A DNA stretch of 64,000 nucleotides, taken from the NCBI GenBank assembly GCA_973895155.1, contig OZ316895.1, forward strand, positions 6,932,184 to 6,996,183, read 5' to 3'. Source of the DNA: Marsupella aquatica (Eukaryota; Plantae; Marchantiophyta). Numbering within the stretch: position 1 is the stretch's first letter; every line of letters begins with the position of its first letter. Positions 40,256-53,800 of this stretch are shown here, piece by piece. The notes under the pieces were generated by a model. It was given only the letters and a program-made list of their open reading frames with translations, did no database searches and had not been told where the DNA came from. The translations under genes were made by a program, and so were the position numbers.

Positions 40256-40515
40256 GAGATCCAAAAAAACTGGTCATGAAAGCAGTGTCATGCCTGAGGA
40301 CTAGGCATGCACGAGGGCGAGGAGGTGAGGGTACAATTTTACATGAACTGTTTTTAAATGAAAATAGATTTTTAATTATTCTACGTTCATTATTGATTTG
40401 CATTCAAAAGGTAAATCTGGGTAGGAAATCATCTACAGTAGATCCAAAAAACTTGTCATGAAGGAGTGTAGTGCCTGAGGACCAGCATGGACAAAGAGTG
40501 AGGAGGTACTGTACC
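40256..40515 (+). repeat. Two ~75-bp direct repeats about 180 bp apart
   Basis: gatccaaaaaa(a)ct.gtcatgaa.gagtg..tgcctgaggac.a.gcatg...gaggaggt at ~40257 and ~40441. Confidence 0.7.
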
Positions 40516-41583
40516 CTCACCAGGAGGGCAAAAAAAGTACCTTGCAGCTGGCAGTCAGGTGCGTAGGAGGGAAAGGAGGGGAGCCTAGGATAGTACCTGC
40601 TGTACTGGCAGACCAGGCATTGCGAGGGCTTCATGGCCGACCCTTATCACATTGATGGCTGACCCTTATTCCCGCATTGATGGCCGACGTGAGGCGTCAA
40701 GCGAGGTCACGGAGCGACGGACAGTATTGCGGGGCATGGGAGGCCTCGCGGAGGGAGGGTGAGTGCTGAATATGAAAAATACCCCAATGAAAATATCTAA
40801 CGGCCAAGTTTAACTCCCGCCAATATTGGATTCTGTAATGGGACAAAGGACAAAAATGGCACCATTGTTTATTATAGTAGTAGATAATGTACTCTAAACA
40901 CGACGTCACTCATTGTATGCAAAAGGCCAAGAATGCTTTAATAGTGTCCACATGTGGGCCTTTAGCTCACTGCATCTTTTTTCAAAGGTGCAAGGGAGAA
41001 ACTGTGGCAGTGTGTGGTGGTCTTGGGGGAAGGGCAGTGATTGGGAGAAGGTGGGAGTGGAGCGCTGAAGCTGGGATGGGAGTACAAAAGACCGACAACC
41101 TCCCCTATCTGCCATCTCTCACAAGCACAGTTTTCCTCTAAAAAGAGGCCTCCACATTTGAGCCCTTACAATTGACTTTTTTCCAAACTGAGAGGGCAGA
41201 TTCAACTGTAATTGTGGTAGTTACAAGGGAAGGCATCAATGAGTGGGAGAGGGCAGGGCCCATCATAATCTTTCAGGTTTTTCCTTATTTGCCTGAGTGG
41301 CAAAGGAGAAGATGTTAGAATATTCTTGATCTAGTTTTTCCAGATTATTTTTTGACCTCTAGATCTCTCTAGATTTAAGGATGACCGTTAGATTCTAACA
41401 AGTGGGGCATGTAACTAGGTGGGAAACTGGCTAACCAGGCACTAACAGAAAACTCAGTAAAAGTTTTGCCAAAATGGCAAAGACTTTTTGAAGAGGTGGA
41501 ATCTAGCAAAAACTTCCGAGAAAAATTCACTACCCAAAAAACACTTGCAAGGGAGAAGGTGTGAGGGCAGAGAATATTATAAT

Positions 41584-44500
41584 TGTAGTTTGCTATGAAG
41601 AACCAAAAATACATTTAAAGGTCTTCAAACTCGGTATTCGTTCCCGTAAAGAACAAGATGGGGTTGGTTTGATAAATTTAAACAATAATAAAGAACTAAA
41701 TATGTTTTCCACACATAGTAATCAAGTTTGATTACTTTACTAAGGTATTTTGAAGATCGCTCCACAGCGGTGAGTAGTTTTCAATGATAACTCAGCATCA
41801 TGTAATCATAAATTAATGAAAAGGGAATGATTAACAAAACACAAGGGAAAATATCTTAAAGTATGCTAACTAAGGGAGCCTGGAATTGACCAAGGTTGCT
41901 CCTTAGACATAAGTGAAAATGAAAAGACTTAAGGATTCAAATCCATATTGCTTTTCAGGTCTAAAATGCTTACTAGAGTACTCCTTTAAAGTGCCGTCAA
42001 CACGTCTTGTCTTTTCTTTCTAAGTGGTACTCAGACAAGATCTAAAAGAGTGACTACTTCAACATTTAGATGGTACTAAGCAACATGAAAGAAAATCCAT
42101 CAATTTCAATAAGGCTTAAACTCAATGAGTTAACTTTAAGAACTCAAGAGATTGCAATGAGTCACCAACAAGGAATCTGTCATTACAACTCAAAAGATTT
42201 GCACAAAAGGAATTTTACTTCCTGTGTTTATAATCATAGGTAAAAACACAAGAAGGAGGTAAGTCTCTCCAAATGTTAAACCTGATCTCGAACTCATAGA
42301 TTCATGATCAACTAGTTTAACACAAGGAAAAGGCAAAAATGCATAACTTAACCATAAACTACACTAGTGGTGAAGGGGTCTTATAGTAAAAATCTACAGA
42401 GTGAGAGGTCATAGGGTCGAAGAGACATGCCTCTTCATACTCCTCAAAAAGTCAAAATAGCAATTCAGCCAGTGAAAAGCTAGAAAAGTGGCTAAGTATG
42501 AACCCGTAAACCCTTAAAAGCGTAAAAGCGTAAAAACGTATAAGCGTAAAAGCGTATTCCAGTACACTTAAAAACTTAGCAAATTCAACTATTTTTAACT
42601 TTCTACTCTTGGTCTGGAAAACTCTGAAATTTTGCCAGCAGGTTTTCCTAGGTACAAACTACCTATTGAAGAAGTCTCATAGCTTTTAAAGCTCTATAAC
42701 ACATTTTGAAAAATAGGGAAAGATGCACTATTCTTAAAACTAACTAAAAACACTTAGACTACTCCTCAAACTTGTTGTCGGATGTCTTCTGGTTCGAGAA
42801 GCTCCACGAGGGTAACAGTCCGAGCTTGAGTAACTTCCATCAGCTCAGCCTGGCGTGGGGATCCTCGAGAGTAGGGTAGGCATCTCAATTGCCTTTCAGG
42901 ATACATCAGGGGCATTCTCTTCCTTAGATAACATATGTCTATTCGAAGAGCTTCTCTATATATCCCAATCACGTCATAATTATTGCAAGTAGCAGCATAT
43001 ATTTGGGGATAATGGTATAGGAATTCATCAGAGTTCAGCATCCTGGAATAGAAAGGGTGAAGCCTCCATTTGACATCTCTGAAATATCGGTTGAAGCTCG
43101 CTAGAGTTTGAGAGGTGACATTGTTCCAGATTCTCTGTTTCTCAACTAATGAACTGGTTGAAACAAGGGTAACCTTGGGCTCTCGAGGAAGGTAAGCGTT
43201 TTGGGAAGAAGTAGATTTCTTACTCTGCATGAGAAAAGAAACCACAAAATCTAGGGCATAAGCTGCCAAATTTCCAAAATATGCCAGGACTAAATCTGGA
43301 TCCTCCACCTCTACATCACCTTGAAGTAGCATCACAGCAAGAATAGGTCGGAAGTAGAGAGAGTCAGTCTAGAACTCATCAAATTGTGCCATCTCCAATC
43401 TGGAAGTTCCAAAACACCTGAGGTCGAAGATATAACTGGCCTCTGTCTTCTTGAGATAGTAGTATTTCCAGAACTCTCCAACCGGTGGTCTGTTGGCCTG
43501 CATAATCTTACAGGTCTCCGCATACCTGTGCACTTGGGACTCTGGATGTCTCGGGTATCTACTCTCGATGGTGGCATTCCGGGGTGTCTGAGTAGATGAG
43601 GTGACAACTGCTACTAAGTTTGGATTGGATCTTAAGGCAGTATCAACATCTTCAAATCCTTGCCTTGGGGATGACTCAAGAGAATTATCATAAGATCTAT
43701 AAGTTTCACCATCTGAGGGTGGATCAGAGTCTTCAAGTAGATCCTCTCTGTCGTAAGGGTGCTCATATTATGACCGATTGTAGGTGGGTCCTTCTGTGGG
43801 TTCGTAGTTGGAATCAGGGCTGTAAGGTTGCGAACCTGGGCTAGGAGTGGGACTAGCAGTTGGACATTGTTGGATCAAGTTGCGGACCACGGATGCTATC
43901 TGTCGAGGTTCACACTGAAGTATTTCTAGCAAGTCATCCACAATGGCCACACAGCTGGTACTATCTGCTACTGGAACAGGTTCACTTGTTTCTAGGGGAG
44001 GGGGCTATACAATGACAGGAGTACAGATCACAAACTCCATTGGTGCTGGTTCTCTTAGGGAAGAGGTCATTCTGACAGGACTTAGCTGATCATGAAATGG
44101 TGATCTCAAACTAACAGCCTCCATTCTCAAATTATTAACAGCATCATACAGTCCATCATCACTGTAACTGAGGAGAGATGTCAACTTATCAATAAGCTGC
44201 TGATTCGACTCTGCCTTCGAAGGAGTGGACCTGGTGGTCACATGAGGAGTAGCATCAGTTGGTGTAGCAACATCGTCTTGTTGATGAATGTTCCTTACTC
44301 CTTCAACTTCTAGTGGATCTGCACCTATGGTCCGACTGGGAGAATGCTCATCACTCATTGGATGGTTATCGACTTCCCTGCTATGCATAGGAGAATGTGT
44401 AGGGACTTCTAATGAAGTATCCTCCATAGGAACATCAGCATTCTCCTCAACGTTCTGATCATTCGAATTCAATGGGGTGACATGTACAATGTCCTCCATA

Positions 44501-45598
44501 GGAATTTCTTCTTCAATACCCAAGTCAATCAGGAGTAACCCCCTCTCTGTCTCTTCCTCCAGATATAAATAGTCATGGGTATAATAGAGCTGAGAGAGAT
44601 AATTCTGTAAGCAAGTGGTCCTCCCTGCTTCCAAGCTCCTTACTTGATCCTTCATTACATTAAACAGAAGTAGGGCCCAATTTACTTTTATAGCTCCACT
44701 GTGAGCAACTACAATGGTGTTAGCCAAGGCCACAGGACAGAGAGTTGGCTTTTTCGGATGAAGAATGGGTACCAGAAATTCCATGAGTACCCTCAATTCA
44801 GGATAAGTACACTGGGACAAGTTCCAACCATTCTTGGTATTTCGAGTTCCTGAGAAGTATGGAGTAGATAAGTCCTGCTTCTTGGAATATAATGCCTCTC
44901 CTTCTGACGGGCATCCAAAGGCGTAAGCAATTTGCTCAACAGTCCACAGGCTGGGGTGAGCTCGAATCGTTCGCCTGAATTCAATCGGGATGATAGTCCC
45001 CTTCACAAAATCCTGCAAGTAGGAGTCGAGCTTGACATTCCAGGGGATCTTGAGCAAGCGCTCCAATCCTAAGTGCTGTAAAGAGTCTTGTAGATTAGAA
45101 AGACTATCAGGCGCTCGTGGTATACGAGCTGCCACTACTTTTGAGACTGCTAGAGCTTCAATTTGATACTGTTCCTCAACACCCAGGTTAGCCATAGCTG
45201 CGACGGTGATTTGCGTGCTGTGAAGGTTGCTTTCGAAGAGAAAGAGCAAGTGAATAGGGGTGGTGAAAATACTGGAGTGATCGCCTGAACTCTGTGCTCA
45301 ATTCCTATCAAGGTATGAAGTCCCCAATCCGTTTCTAAGTCCTGTTGTGAAGTTAGCCGTAGCGCCGTAACGTACACTTTCCGTAAACGTGTAAGGTGTA
45401 GGCCGTAACCCGTATTGGCGTAACTTAAATACCGCGTAAACCCGTAAACCCATAAACGCGTAACTCGTATACGCGTAACTCGTATATGCGTAAACGCATA
45501 ATAGAGTACTTGTAACTAAGTTGGAATAAGGTTTAAACACCGTAAAAAGTTCAAAATTTTCAGTAATTTCAGGTTTTCGGTATTACCCACTACTCACA
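41584..45598 (-). mobile_element. ORF-bearing TG...CA insertion 1 (putative long solo LTR, 4015 bp)
   Basis: ATAAT|TGTAGT...CTCACA|ATAAT (TSD 41579-41583 and 45599-45603). In ORF sense it reads TGTGAG...ACTACA, matching the other two inserts. The TSD is AT-rich, so this call is weaker. Confidence 0.65.
42766..45249 (-). pseudogene. Long ORF of insertion 1 (retroelement accessory protein family), broken by in-frame stops
   Basis: ORF pieces 45249-44005, 43950-43768 and 43335-42766 share one frame. The N-domain (LGLERLLKIPW...IAYAFGCP...KNGW...C...LMEFL...NWA...L..YLSQLY) resembles the ORFs at 52934-53773 and 57634-59502. Confidence 0.65.
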
Positions 45599-45762
45599 AT
45601 AATGTACACTGCCAAAAGACAAGAACACCTAACCGGGAGACATGAGAAGGTGGGAAGACTTGGCAATGACGCCTAGCAGAATATTGGGGATTTAAAAATT
45701 GCCCCATAAGGTATAGTAGAAAACGGTATTCAAAAACAAGTTTTTACTAACCTGTCCCCCAA

Positions 45763-46135
45763 ACTACCCAATATTACTAACATGCACCTCAAACAAAATT
45801 AATTATCAGCCCGGCCCCCATTTCGTATTTGGGTTAGTATAATTAACTTGTGTATGGGTTCCTGTTGCCATGTGGTAAGTTGCTACTAGCTAGCCTTAAT
45901 TTGTCACGACCCCCTTTCCAATCCCTCTGTGTTTTCTCCCCACCAGGACTTGCAACTATGCCCTGCAATGGGGAAGGAGGGGTGAGGAGGTCACGGAGAG
46001 TCAAGGCTAGCCAGCAGCAACTTGCCACATGGCAATGGGAAGTCGCATATGAGTTAATAGTAACCCAAATACAAATGAGGGGCGGGTTATTGATCATTAA
46101 TTTTGTATTGGAGCACACTACTAATATTGGTTAGT
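45763..46135. repeat. ~370-bp imperfect fold-back palindrome
   Basis: 45865-45897 vs 46003-46035 pair at 30/33; outer arms 45763-45776 vs 46122-46135 pair at 13/14; weaker pairing continues toward the centre (~45950). Confidence 0.85.
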
Positions 46136-46609
46136 GTGGAAGCATTTTTCCTGAGACGGGATGGGGAGAATTGGGAGGGTTTATGCTTCTTGAATTGATG
46201 CTAATACAAAAACCTGCTTTTAGGTTGACAAAGTGGATTCTATTTAGAAATGCCCTTGTCTGAAGGGTGCTTACTATTCCTGGATAGAAATGGAGATTTA
46301 GAATTAGGTTATTCCAGCCTTAACATTAAGTGATATGCTCTTTGGAGGGGGTCTATTGTCTTTAGGTATGCCCTGTTGGGCCTCGGGTTCCTTTGCCTAT
46401 GGACTTTCCCTTACTATGGATCCTAGCTTTGGGGACCTGCTGTTGGGCTCTCATCCTTGGTCGTAGTGGACGCTTATTACATAGGCTTTCTACTCTGCCT
46501 GTCTACCCTTTGGTTGCTGGTAGATAGTGGTAGGTTTTTTTGACTTCAAATTGCCCTGTTTTTTATTTGATTTTTTATTTGATTTTAAATGATTTTAGAA
46601 CTTTATTCC

Positions 46610-47050
46610 ATGGAGAACCAGAGAAAGAACAAAAACCTGCCTGGGAGGAGAAGGCAAGAAAGAGCAAGAGCAATTAAGGGGGCAATAAAAGGAGCACACC
46701 CATTGAAGATGAAGGGCAGCCTCCACACCCCGACTGCCAGAAGGGAGGAGGCGGAAGAGAATGGGAGGGAGGACCCCAAGGAGGATAGATTGCTATTCTG
46801 AGAGAAGAATTGCGAGAAGAATTGTGTCCGAGAAAAGCCAAAGAAGAATACATTGGCAAGAAAAAACATCACGGAAACTGAAATGGACTTTGCCATCTCC
46901 ATCCACCACAACCGGCCAGACATTGCTGCCACTACTTGAAACCCATCCTGCAAGGAGACACCTACTTGCCCATCACTAACAAGGGACTCCATCATAGAAG
47001 AAAGCCAGTATCATTATGACGGGGTTCCCGTCACTGAAAATCCTCAATAA
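46610..47050 (+). pseudogene. Possible small basic-protein ORF or terminal exon with two in-frame TGA stops
   Basis: 147 codons from ATG 46610 to TAA 47050, interrupted only by two TGAs; preceded by a T-rich tract ending TAG. No family recognised. Confidence 0.3.
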
Positions 47051-50000
47051 TTGTTTACTGGGTTGTGCCATGTAAATAACCATTGTAAATAAGCCGTTTT
47101 TTTTGTTTTTTAGTTAATTCTGTCATTATCGGTTGCTATGCCCCGGAGGTCTCTACTTACTTTTATATCCTAATAGTTCGGATGGCTAAGGCTCCCCAGC
47201 AAGCAAGACTGTTGGGACCTTTAAAATAGGGTCGGTCTAATCGGACACCCCGTTTCCCTTAGGCCATTATTTCCTTGTTATTTTCTTGAGACCCCAATAA
47301 ACAAGAAGCCTTAAGGGATGAGTCCAAAGCCTTATTTCTCTTTTCAAAATCTTCATGATATTCAAAAATGTGTACCAAAAAACCACCCAAAAATGGTATG
47401 TATTTTCCAAACTAGACTCAAGAGAATTTTACCACCAAAATCTAACCATATCTTATATGATATTCTCACAATTGTATAAACCTTGAAATATGCACTTTAT
47501 AAAAGTAGACAAAATCAAACTCTTCGATCAGAGTTTAAGTCAAACTCAAAGTTTTACAGAATATAACCCAACTTAACCCCAAGTGGTTTCAAATGCTACA
47601 AGTCCCCCTATTTACCTAGTCTAATCCAAAGGGACCGCTTCCCCTTCCTCGGTTCCGGAAGTCCCTGCCATCAATTCTGGAACAATTGTGGCATCGTCAA
47701 CCACGCTATCCTCTCCGGCCTGAGGAATGTCTTCCTCACTATCCTCATCCGTCTCCCCCTGTTTGTCTTCCTCTTCAATGTTATCTGCAAGGTTAAGAAT
47801 CCTCCCTTTCAACACACTGCTCTGTCGCTCGTCAATCTCAATGGCAACGCAATGTCTCCCCATGGCCAAGGAGGAGGTTGTCCCAGTCCCTGATCCTGAA
47901 CAAATATCCAAAACCCAGTCTCCAACCTGACTAAAATGACTCACTTCCCAATCTAACAATGCACGTGGTTTCTGATAGACATTCACTGCCTTGTTATCCC
48001 CGTTGTGTTTCAGCTTCTTAGTCACACCTGCGCATACAACCACATTGTTCCTGGATTCATTTGTGTCAAAATTGAAGTGCTCCAATGACCGTTTACCATC
48101 TTGGCTGTGAAAGCCAATTGTAAAGCACTCAAAGTTGTTGTTCAATCTTGGCCCACCAGCATTCTTCACATTACCCTTAACCCTGAAAAGTCACAAAAAG
48201 TCAAGGAGTCATTTAAACTTAGAAACATGGATCATGAAATCATGAATAACTAATAATTGTTTTTTTCAAAAACAAATATTTCTTACCACACACAATTCTG
48301 GAACCCTCCATTACACTCCACTTTCAAAACGGTCTTGATGGCCTCATATTGGTCAAGGCTATGGTGAATGATAATATGCCACAACTTCGCAGTAGTAGCC
48401 ACCTTGAAAGATTGGATCATTTTTGTGATCTCCTCAATTCCCCATCCAGTAGTGTCCTCATGAAGACATCTAGGCAATGCAAACCTGTAGGGGATATCCA
48501 CTAAAGCTAATGTGTAAGCCCGACCCGGAACCACCTCGTGTAATTGCTGAGCATCATGAGTAAAAATATCATAGTGCACATCACCAAACTCTCGATGCTC
48601 AAAAGAATTTGGATGAAGTTCCCCCTCTTGGGTTTGCCAACTAGAAGTCTTCATGGATAGCCAATTTTGCGCTTGCACAATATGCGCATTGAATTTGTCC
48701 GGGAATGACTTGAGATCTTTGCCTTCCTCATCTCCCTTCTTTTTCTGGGAGGTGGTATCTTTCTACAAAAGGGAACCTTACAATTAGAAACAAGGATTCC
48801 AAATATTCAATGAATTCAAACAATCATTCAAAGAAAGGTGACAGAATCTTACCCATGTCTGGAAACAGGTACGAAATTCTTAAGCACATTGTCTGTGCAA
48901 TGCTCAGGGTACTTGGTTTTACAACCTGACCAACTCTCCTCGTGTAGACACGTGAGGAAGGCCTTCTGCACCTGCATCTGAAATTTGTGTCGAGTAAATT
49001 CCTGACCCATTTCTTGTAAAGAGAGTTCTTTAGTAAGAACTCTCTGTAACATTGGGCAAATCATATCAGGATCTTTCAAGGCCTGCATGTGTCTCCACTC
49101 TGTTAATTTCATGTCCTCATAAGGCAATTTGGCATCTCCAGACTTAGAGACTTTCTTCTTGCCCTTGTCTCCTTTTTGACCTTTGATCTCACACATCTCC
49201 CACTTGTCACAAATCTGCCTCACAAATGACCACACAGGATCTTGTCGGAATGCCAACTGAAATAGGTTATCGTTGGCATTAAGAACCTCAACATCCTTCT
49301 GCACACCCCAATCCTTGAGATTGATTTCAGTAGCACACTCTTTCTTGAAATCCTGGTTGGACGACAATCCATTCTCCACAAATCTCATGTGAATATAATT
49401 TACTCTCTGGATTGTCGTCATTTGTTGTCGAAATTCAGAATCAATATTGTGACTCCACGCCAAGTTTCTTGCCTCTTGCACACTCAATCCTGCAAATATC
49501 CAAGATTGCACTCTCCGAAATGCCTTGTTGTTAGGGAACTGAAGAGCAAGGTCTGATTTGGCACAGGCTGAATGGTTGCCCCCAATCACATAATAATGGT
49601 AATCAGATTTCCTTGAAAAATCAAAGTCTTGCCTAGTAGCACACTCCTTCGGATCCACCAAGAGGACAAATGGAGCTGCAAGTGGACTGGCACCTACAGT
49701 CTTCATCCGCAAGGTCAATTGGGTCAAAAATATGGTTGGATGTGTCAAACCTGGTAAATGGGCAAGCCCACAGCCTTCTCTCTCACTGGAGGGTAAAGTT
49801 GACCAATGTCAACCGTCACGGTCTCCTCTTGAACACCACATCTTCCCAGAATCTCCTCCTGGTACAATACCCGTGCATCCATTGACATTGATTGAGCCTT
49901 TTGCTCCAAATGCGTTGTGGTGCGTCCCATGGCTCCCCAAACACAAGAAACCCCCCGCACAAGCCGATTCCCGCAGGTTTTGTGCTCGACGAGGCCATTT

Positions 50001-50605
50001 CCGTGGCTTAGCGGTATGGGACGCTGCTAACTTCCTTCTACTACTATTATTAACATTTTACACACATATACTGGACAGATCCTTCATCGGGTCATGAGAT
50101 ACGTAGTCGGCCTAATCTAGGCCTTCTCTTGTCTTTCCCTCCTATTGGTTAGGTATATTTGGATTCCGCCGCCGGAATGATCCCCAATTGGCTTGGTTAA
50201 GCCGCTAAGACCTCTCTCAGCTCGACACATCCAACTCTCACTCCCTTGCTTACTTCCCTTCTTCTACTTGTTGATGTGAGCACTCTTCACACAAGTTAAT
50301 GCGACACACAAATAGCAAAATGACTCCTTCTGACTGAGTTATACCATGCACTTGCAATACAAACAGTACGTCTCATACACAAGCTCTGCGAACTAAGCCA
50401 TGAGGCCAACTCTATTCAGTTCTTAGGTATGAGGAAACATGAATATACACAAGGGTCATTGTATAACTAACCGAGAGCTTCTCTTACTACTTGATCCCAG
50501 CCCGGCTGGTGCAACTAAAAACTTGCTAAAGAAGAGGCCCGGAACTCCCCGCAGCCCAGGTACTTATCCTGGCTGTGGATCCGCCTGATTCCTTGCAGCG
50601 TAGGC

Positions 50606-50678
50606 CTAATTTACCTACTGTAATCTACCTAATTGTAATCTACCTAACTGTCATCTACCTAACTGTCATCTACCTATG
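50606..50678 (+). repeat. ~15-bp tandem repeat (tacctaactgtcatc), about 5 copies
   Basis: Visible directly, just downstream of the long ORF in insertion 2. Confidence 0.8.
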
Positions 50679-50863
50679 TATAGCGAGGCAGGAGCACAAG
50701 TGTCGCCCTTACCCGTGGATCCGAAATCCCACTAATCTAAGTGTCAGGGCCATCTCCTGGTCCTGATCCTAAGTCTAAACTTGGAGATCAGTGCCCGCCC
50801 TGCCCACTCATGCCTCCTACCTCCACGTCCGCCCTCCCTAAAAGGGACGGCGCCCTTACACCA

Positions 50864-53800
50864 TCACGACACCGGTGGCTGGTCCTCAATGGACGCCCCC
50901 AACGCTTCCTCCGCAGCCACTGCCGTTGGTCCGTCCTCTGACAGATTACCTGCCCCAGACCGAGTCAACTCTTCATCGGCCTGACTGGGTCCACCCTCGG
51001 CTTCGGCCTCAGCATCGGCCACGGCCTCTGATACGGCTAAGGCCTCCCCGATATGTTCTAGTGGAGGATCCGGTACCTCGGCAGCATTACTGGTTTTCCC
51101 GGCCTCAACCTTGCCATCCCCACTTCCTAGGACTGGTGGATCCACCGCCATGTCGATGCCAGAGGTTGGTGCCAGGTTTACCTTCTTGGTCACAACGGCT
51201 TGAGAAGCCGTATAACTCCCAGACCCAGAAGGTTTCCGCTTCTTCTTCTTCCCTATTTTGACAGCCGGTTCCTTCCCCTTGCCACTTACCTCCGGCACCG
51301 GGGTGAGTGTCTCGGCTTGTCCTTCGGCCAATACTACCCCCGGTAACTGGGTTCCCCCAATTGGAGTTGGACCTGATGAAGCCAAGCATTTAAATACTAC
51401 GGCTTGTTTCTTCAGCCGCTCCGTTTGGTTGTCGGCCTGCCGTTGTAGGTTCTCCATCTTCCTCGTGATTTCCTCCAACTCCTCCTGGGTCTCATCCAGG
51501 TCCTTGCGCGCCTCCTCCAGCTCTTTATTGGCTTCCTCCAATTCTTTCTTTAAGGTAGCCCTCTCCTCCTGGGTTGCTCTTAGCTCCTTGTCGAGCTCTG
51601 CTACGACCACAGACTCCATCTTATTCATCTTGGCATAAGTCTGGTCGAGCTGGTCGTCCTTTTCACGCAAGTCGGCCTTGAAGCTGGCCGTCAGGGATGC
51701 AAGCTCCTGCTGCAGCGCAATAATCCCTTGATAGGATTTCCCTAACTCTGCTTCCTTTTGCTCAAGGGCTCCGCGGATATCTTCGAGCTCTCCTTTCAAC
51801 GCCCTCTCCCTTCTCTGAGTCTCCGCCATGGTCCGGTTGTTGGCGGTTAAAGGGGCCTCCTCTATGTCCCTTAGCTCCCGCTTCCATTTCTCTCTTTCTT
51901 TGACTGCGTCGGCCAACTCTCCTTGGGTCCGAGTCAGTTTATCTTTCATAATCTGATTGTCAGACTGAGCGGTATCCAACTGCCCCTACATGATGTTTAG
52001 CTCATGCCGCTTAATCCGCAACTCATCTTGGGTTTTCTTGGCCGCCTTCAGGTCTTCCACCTCGGCTTCCATCTCCCTAAGCCGTCGGATGACCTCGTCC
52101 TTCTTGCTTCTTTCCAAAGCCACCGCTTCTTCTAATCGGTGCTTTTCCAACATCTCCCTCTGGAAAAAGGGTCCCTGCTCCAACTCCTCCCCAAAGATGC
52201 TAAGCGCCAGGTCCCCACACATCTCCCCGTACTCCATGGCTCTATCCTTAGCATAGGTGGAGTAACTAGAAGTCATCGGCATCAACCACCACGGCCTCTG
52301 GTCCCAAGCCGCCTTGCGGATTTCTTCTACGGTGGCAAGAGGGTTGCTTCTTTTTTCGGCAAGCCGCCTGATGTCCTCCGGCCAATCTCCTCCTCGTAAA
52401 TCTTTCTCCCTAGCCAGGGCTGCTTTCTCTTTCTCCCTAAGTCGCTCCTGAAATTCTTGTGTCGTCTGCTTTATGCCGTCAAAGCTCGGGGGAGCAACCT
52501 CTGGTGGGGGAGCCTCGGGGCTACTCTGCTGGGTGGGGTCCCCTCGAACTACTCTTGGAAGTGTGGGGATAAATCGGCCATAGGTCCTTACTCTTGGAAC
52601 ATGATGATCCGACCCATAGCCGGAGTTATCATTGCTGTAGTCCTCCACCACCTCCTCCACTACTTGGACTCCCGACTTCTCCCTTTGTTCCCCTGGTCCT
52701 GTCGTGAAAACGGCCTTACAGATCATGGGCTCTGGTTCCTCTGGTTTCCAGGCTGTCGTCTCCCTGTTCTTTCCGCGGGGAGGAGCCTTTGGCTGCTCTG
52801 CCTCTGATTCGGGGCTTGAGGCTCCCACGTACCTTCGCACTCCCGGCTTGTGTTCTGGCCTAAATCTCTCCTTGGTTCCGGTAAAGGGGTCTTCCCTTCT
52901 GAGTCGGCTTAGGCCAACCTCTGGGGCAGCATCCTATATCGATGCCGTTGCCATTGCCGGAACCAGTGCCGATGCCGTTCTCTTTTCCTTCTCCAGCAAT
53001 TTCAGCAGATTTTGCATGCCTGGTTGCTGCATCGGCAAGTCTTCTTTCCTTGGCCGAAACACCTGCTCGATCGTCGGACTATCAGGCTGGTTGGGCTTCT
53101 CTGGTGCCGGCCCTTGCTCCGTAACCTCCTCTGGTGCCCTTGCCGATAGGGGAAGTACTGGGGCAAAGATTTGACTTCTGGCATACCAGCACAACAGTGG
53201 CATGTGATAGCCAAGCCGGGACACGCTTCCCATGCCGATCACCTGCTGTTCCTCCTTCAAGATTTTCTTTAGTTGGTTGAGGAGGTACCCGTTGTAATCC
53301 TGGCTTGGGTCTGGCCTTTCTGCCAGGTAGACCTGAGCCTTGCCGATCTCTGCCCTCGGCAAGTTACAGTGCATGGTCACCCGCAAGAAATCGATCATCT
53401 CTCCGATGTGCGGGTTGGTGTAGGTGTTCCAGAAGAAGCCATTCTTCGTTGATGGTCCTGGGAACGACCGGAATTCCTTGTCAGGTAAGGTCTTCCTGGT
53501 ATCAACCTTGGTCTTATTACCCATCGGCAAGCCAAACACCTCGGCAATCACCCGGGGAGTGAGAAAGAAATCCTTCCCATACACCCTCGTGGAATTGGTC
53601 TCGGGTTCCCATGATCCCACAAATTCTAATAAGTCTGAGTCCGGCACCTCCGGCTTCAGCCATGGTAATCTTACGAAGGCTTCCAAGCCGGATCTGGCCA
53701 TGAAGCCCTGGTACTTCTTGGTCTGCATGGCCGTACAGCATGCATCCTCCTCCCGTGCAAAGTGTAATTGCACTTCCTCCGGTAGGGTCGCCGCCCAGCC

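Noticed and set aside
42500-45500. CGTAAA-like short repeats at ~42500-42560 and ~45365-45500 as paired LTRs
   Set aside because: Low-complexity internal repeats flanking the ORF of insertion 1, not at the TG/CA termini.
47621-49748. Bacterial or phage contamination as the source of the ParB-MTase
   Set aside because: The gene has in-phase spliceosomal introns and plant-type TE insertions, and is contiguous with plant genes.
50864-51979. Coiled-coil ORF as a host myosin, SMC or tropomyosin gene
   Set aside because: It lies inside a TSD-flanked insertion and is the in-frame tail of the element's long ORF.
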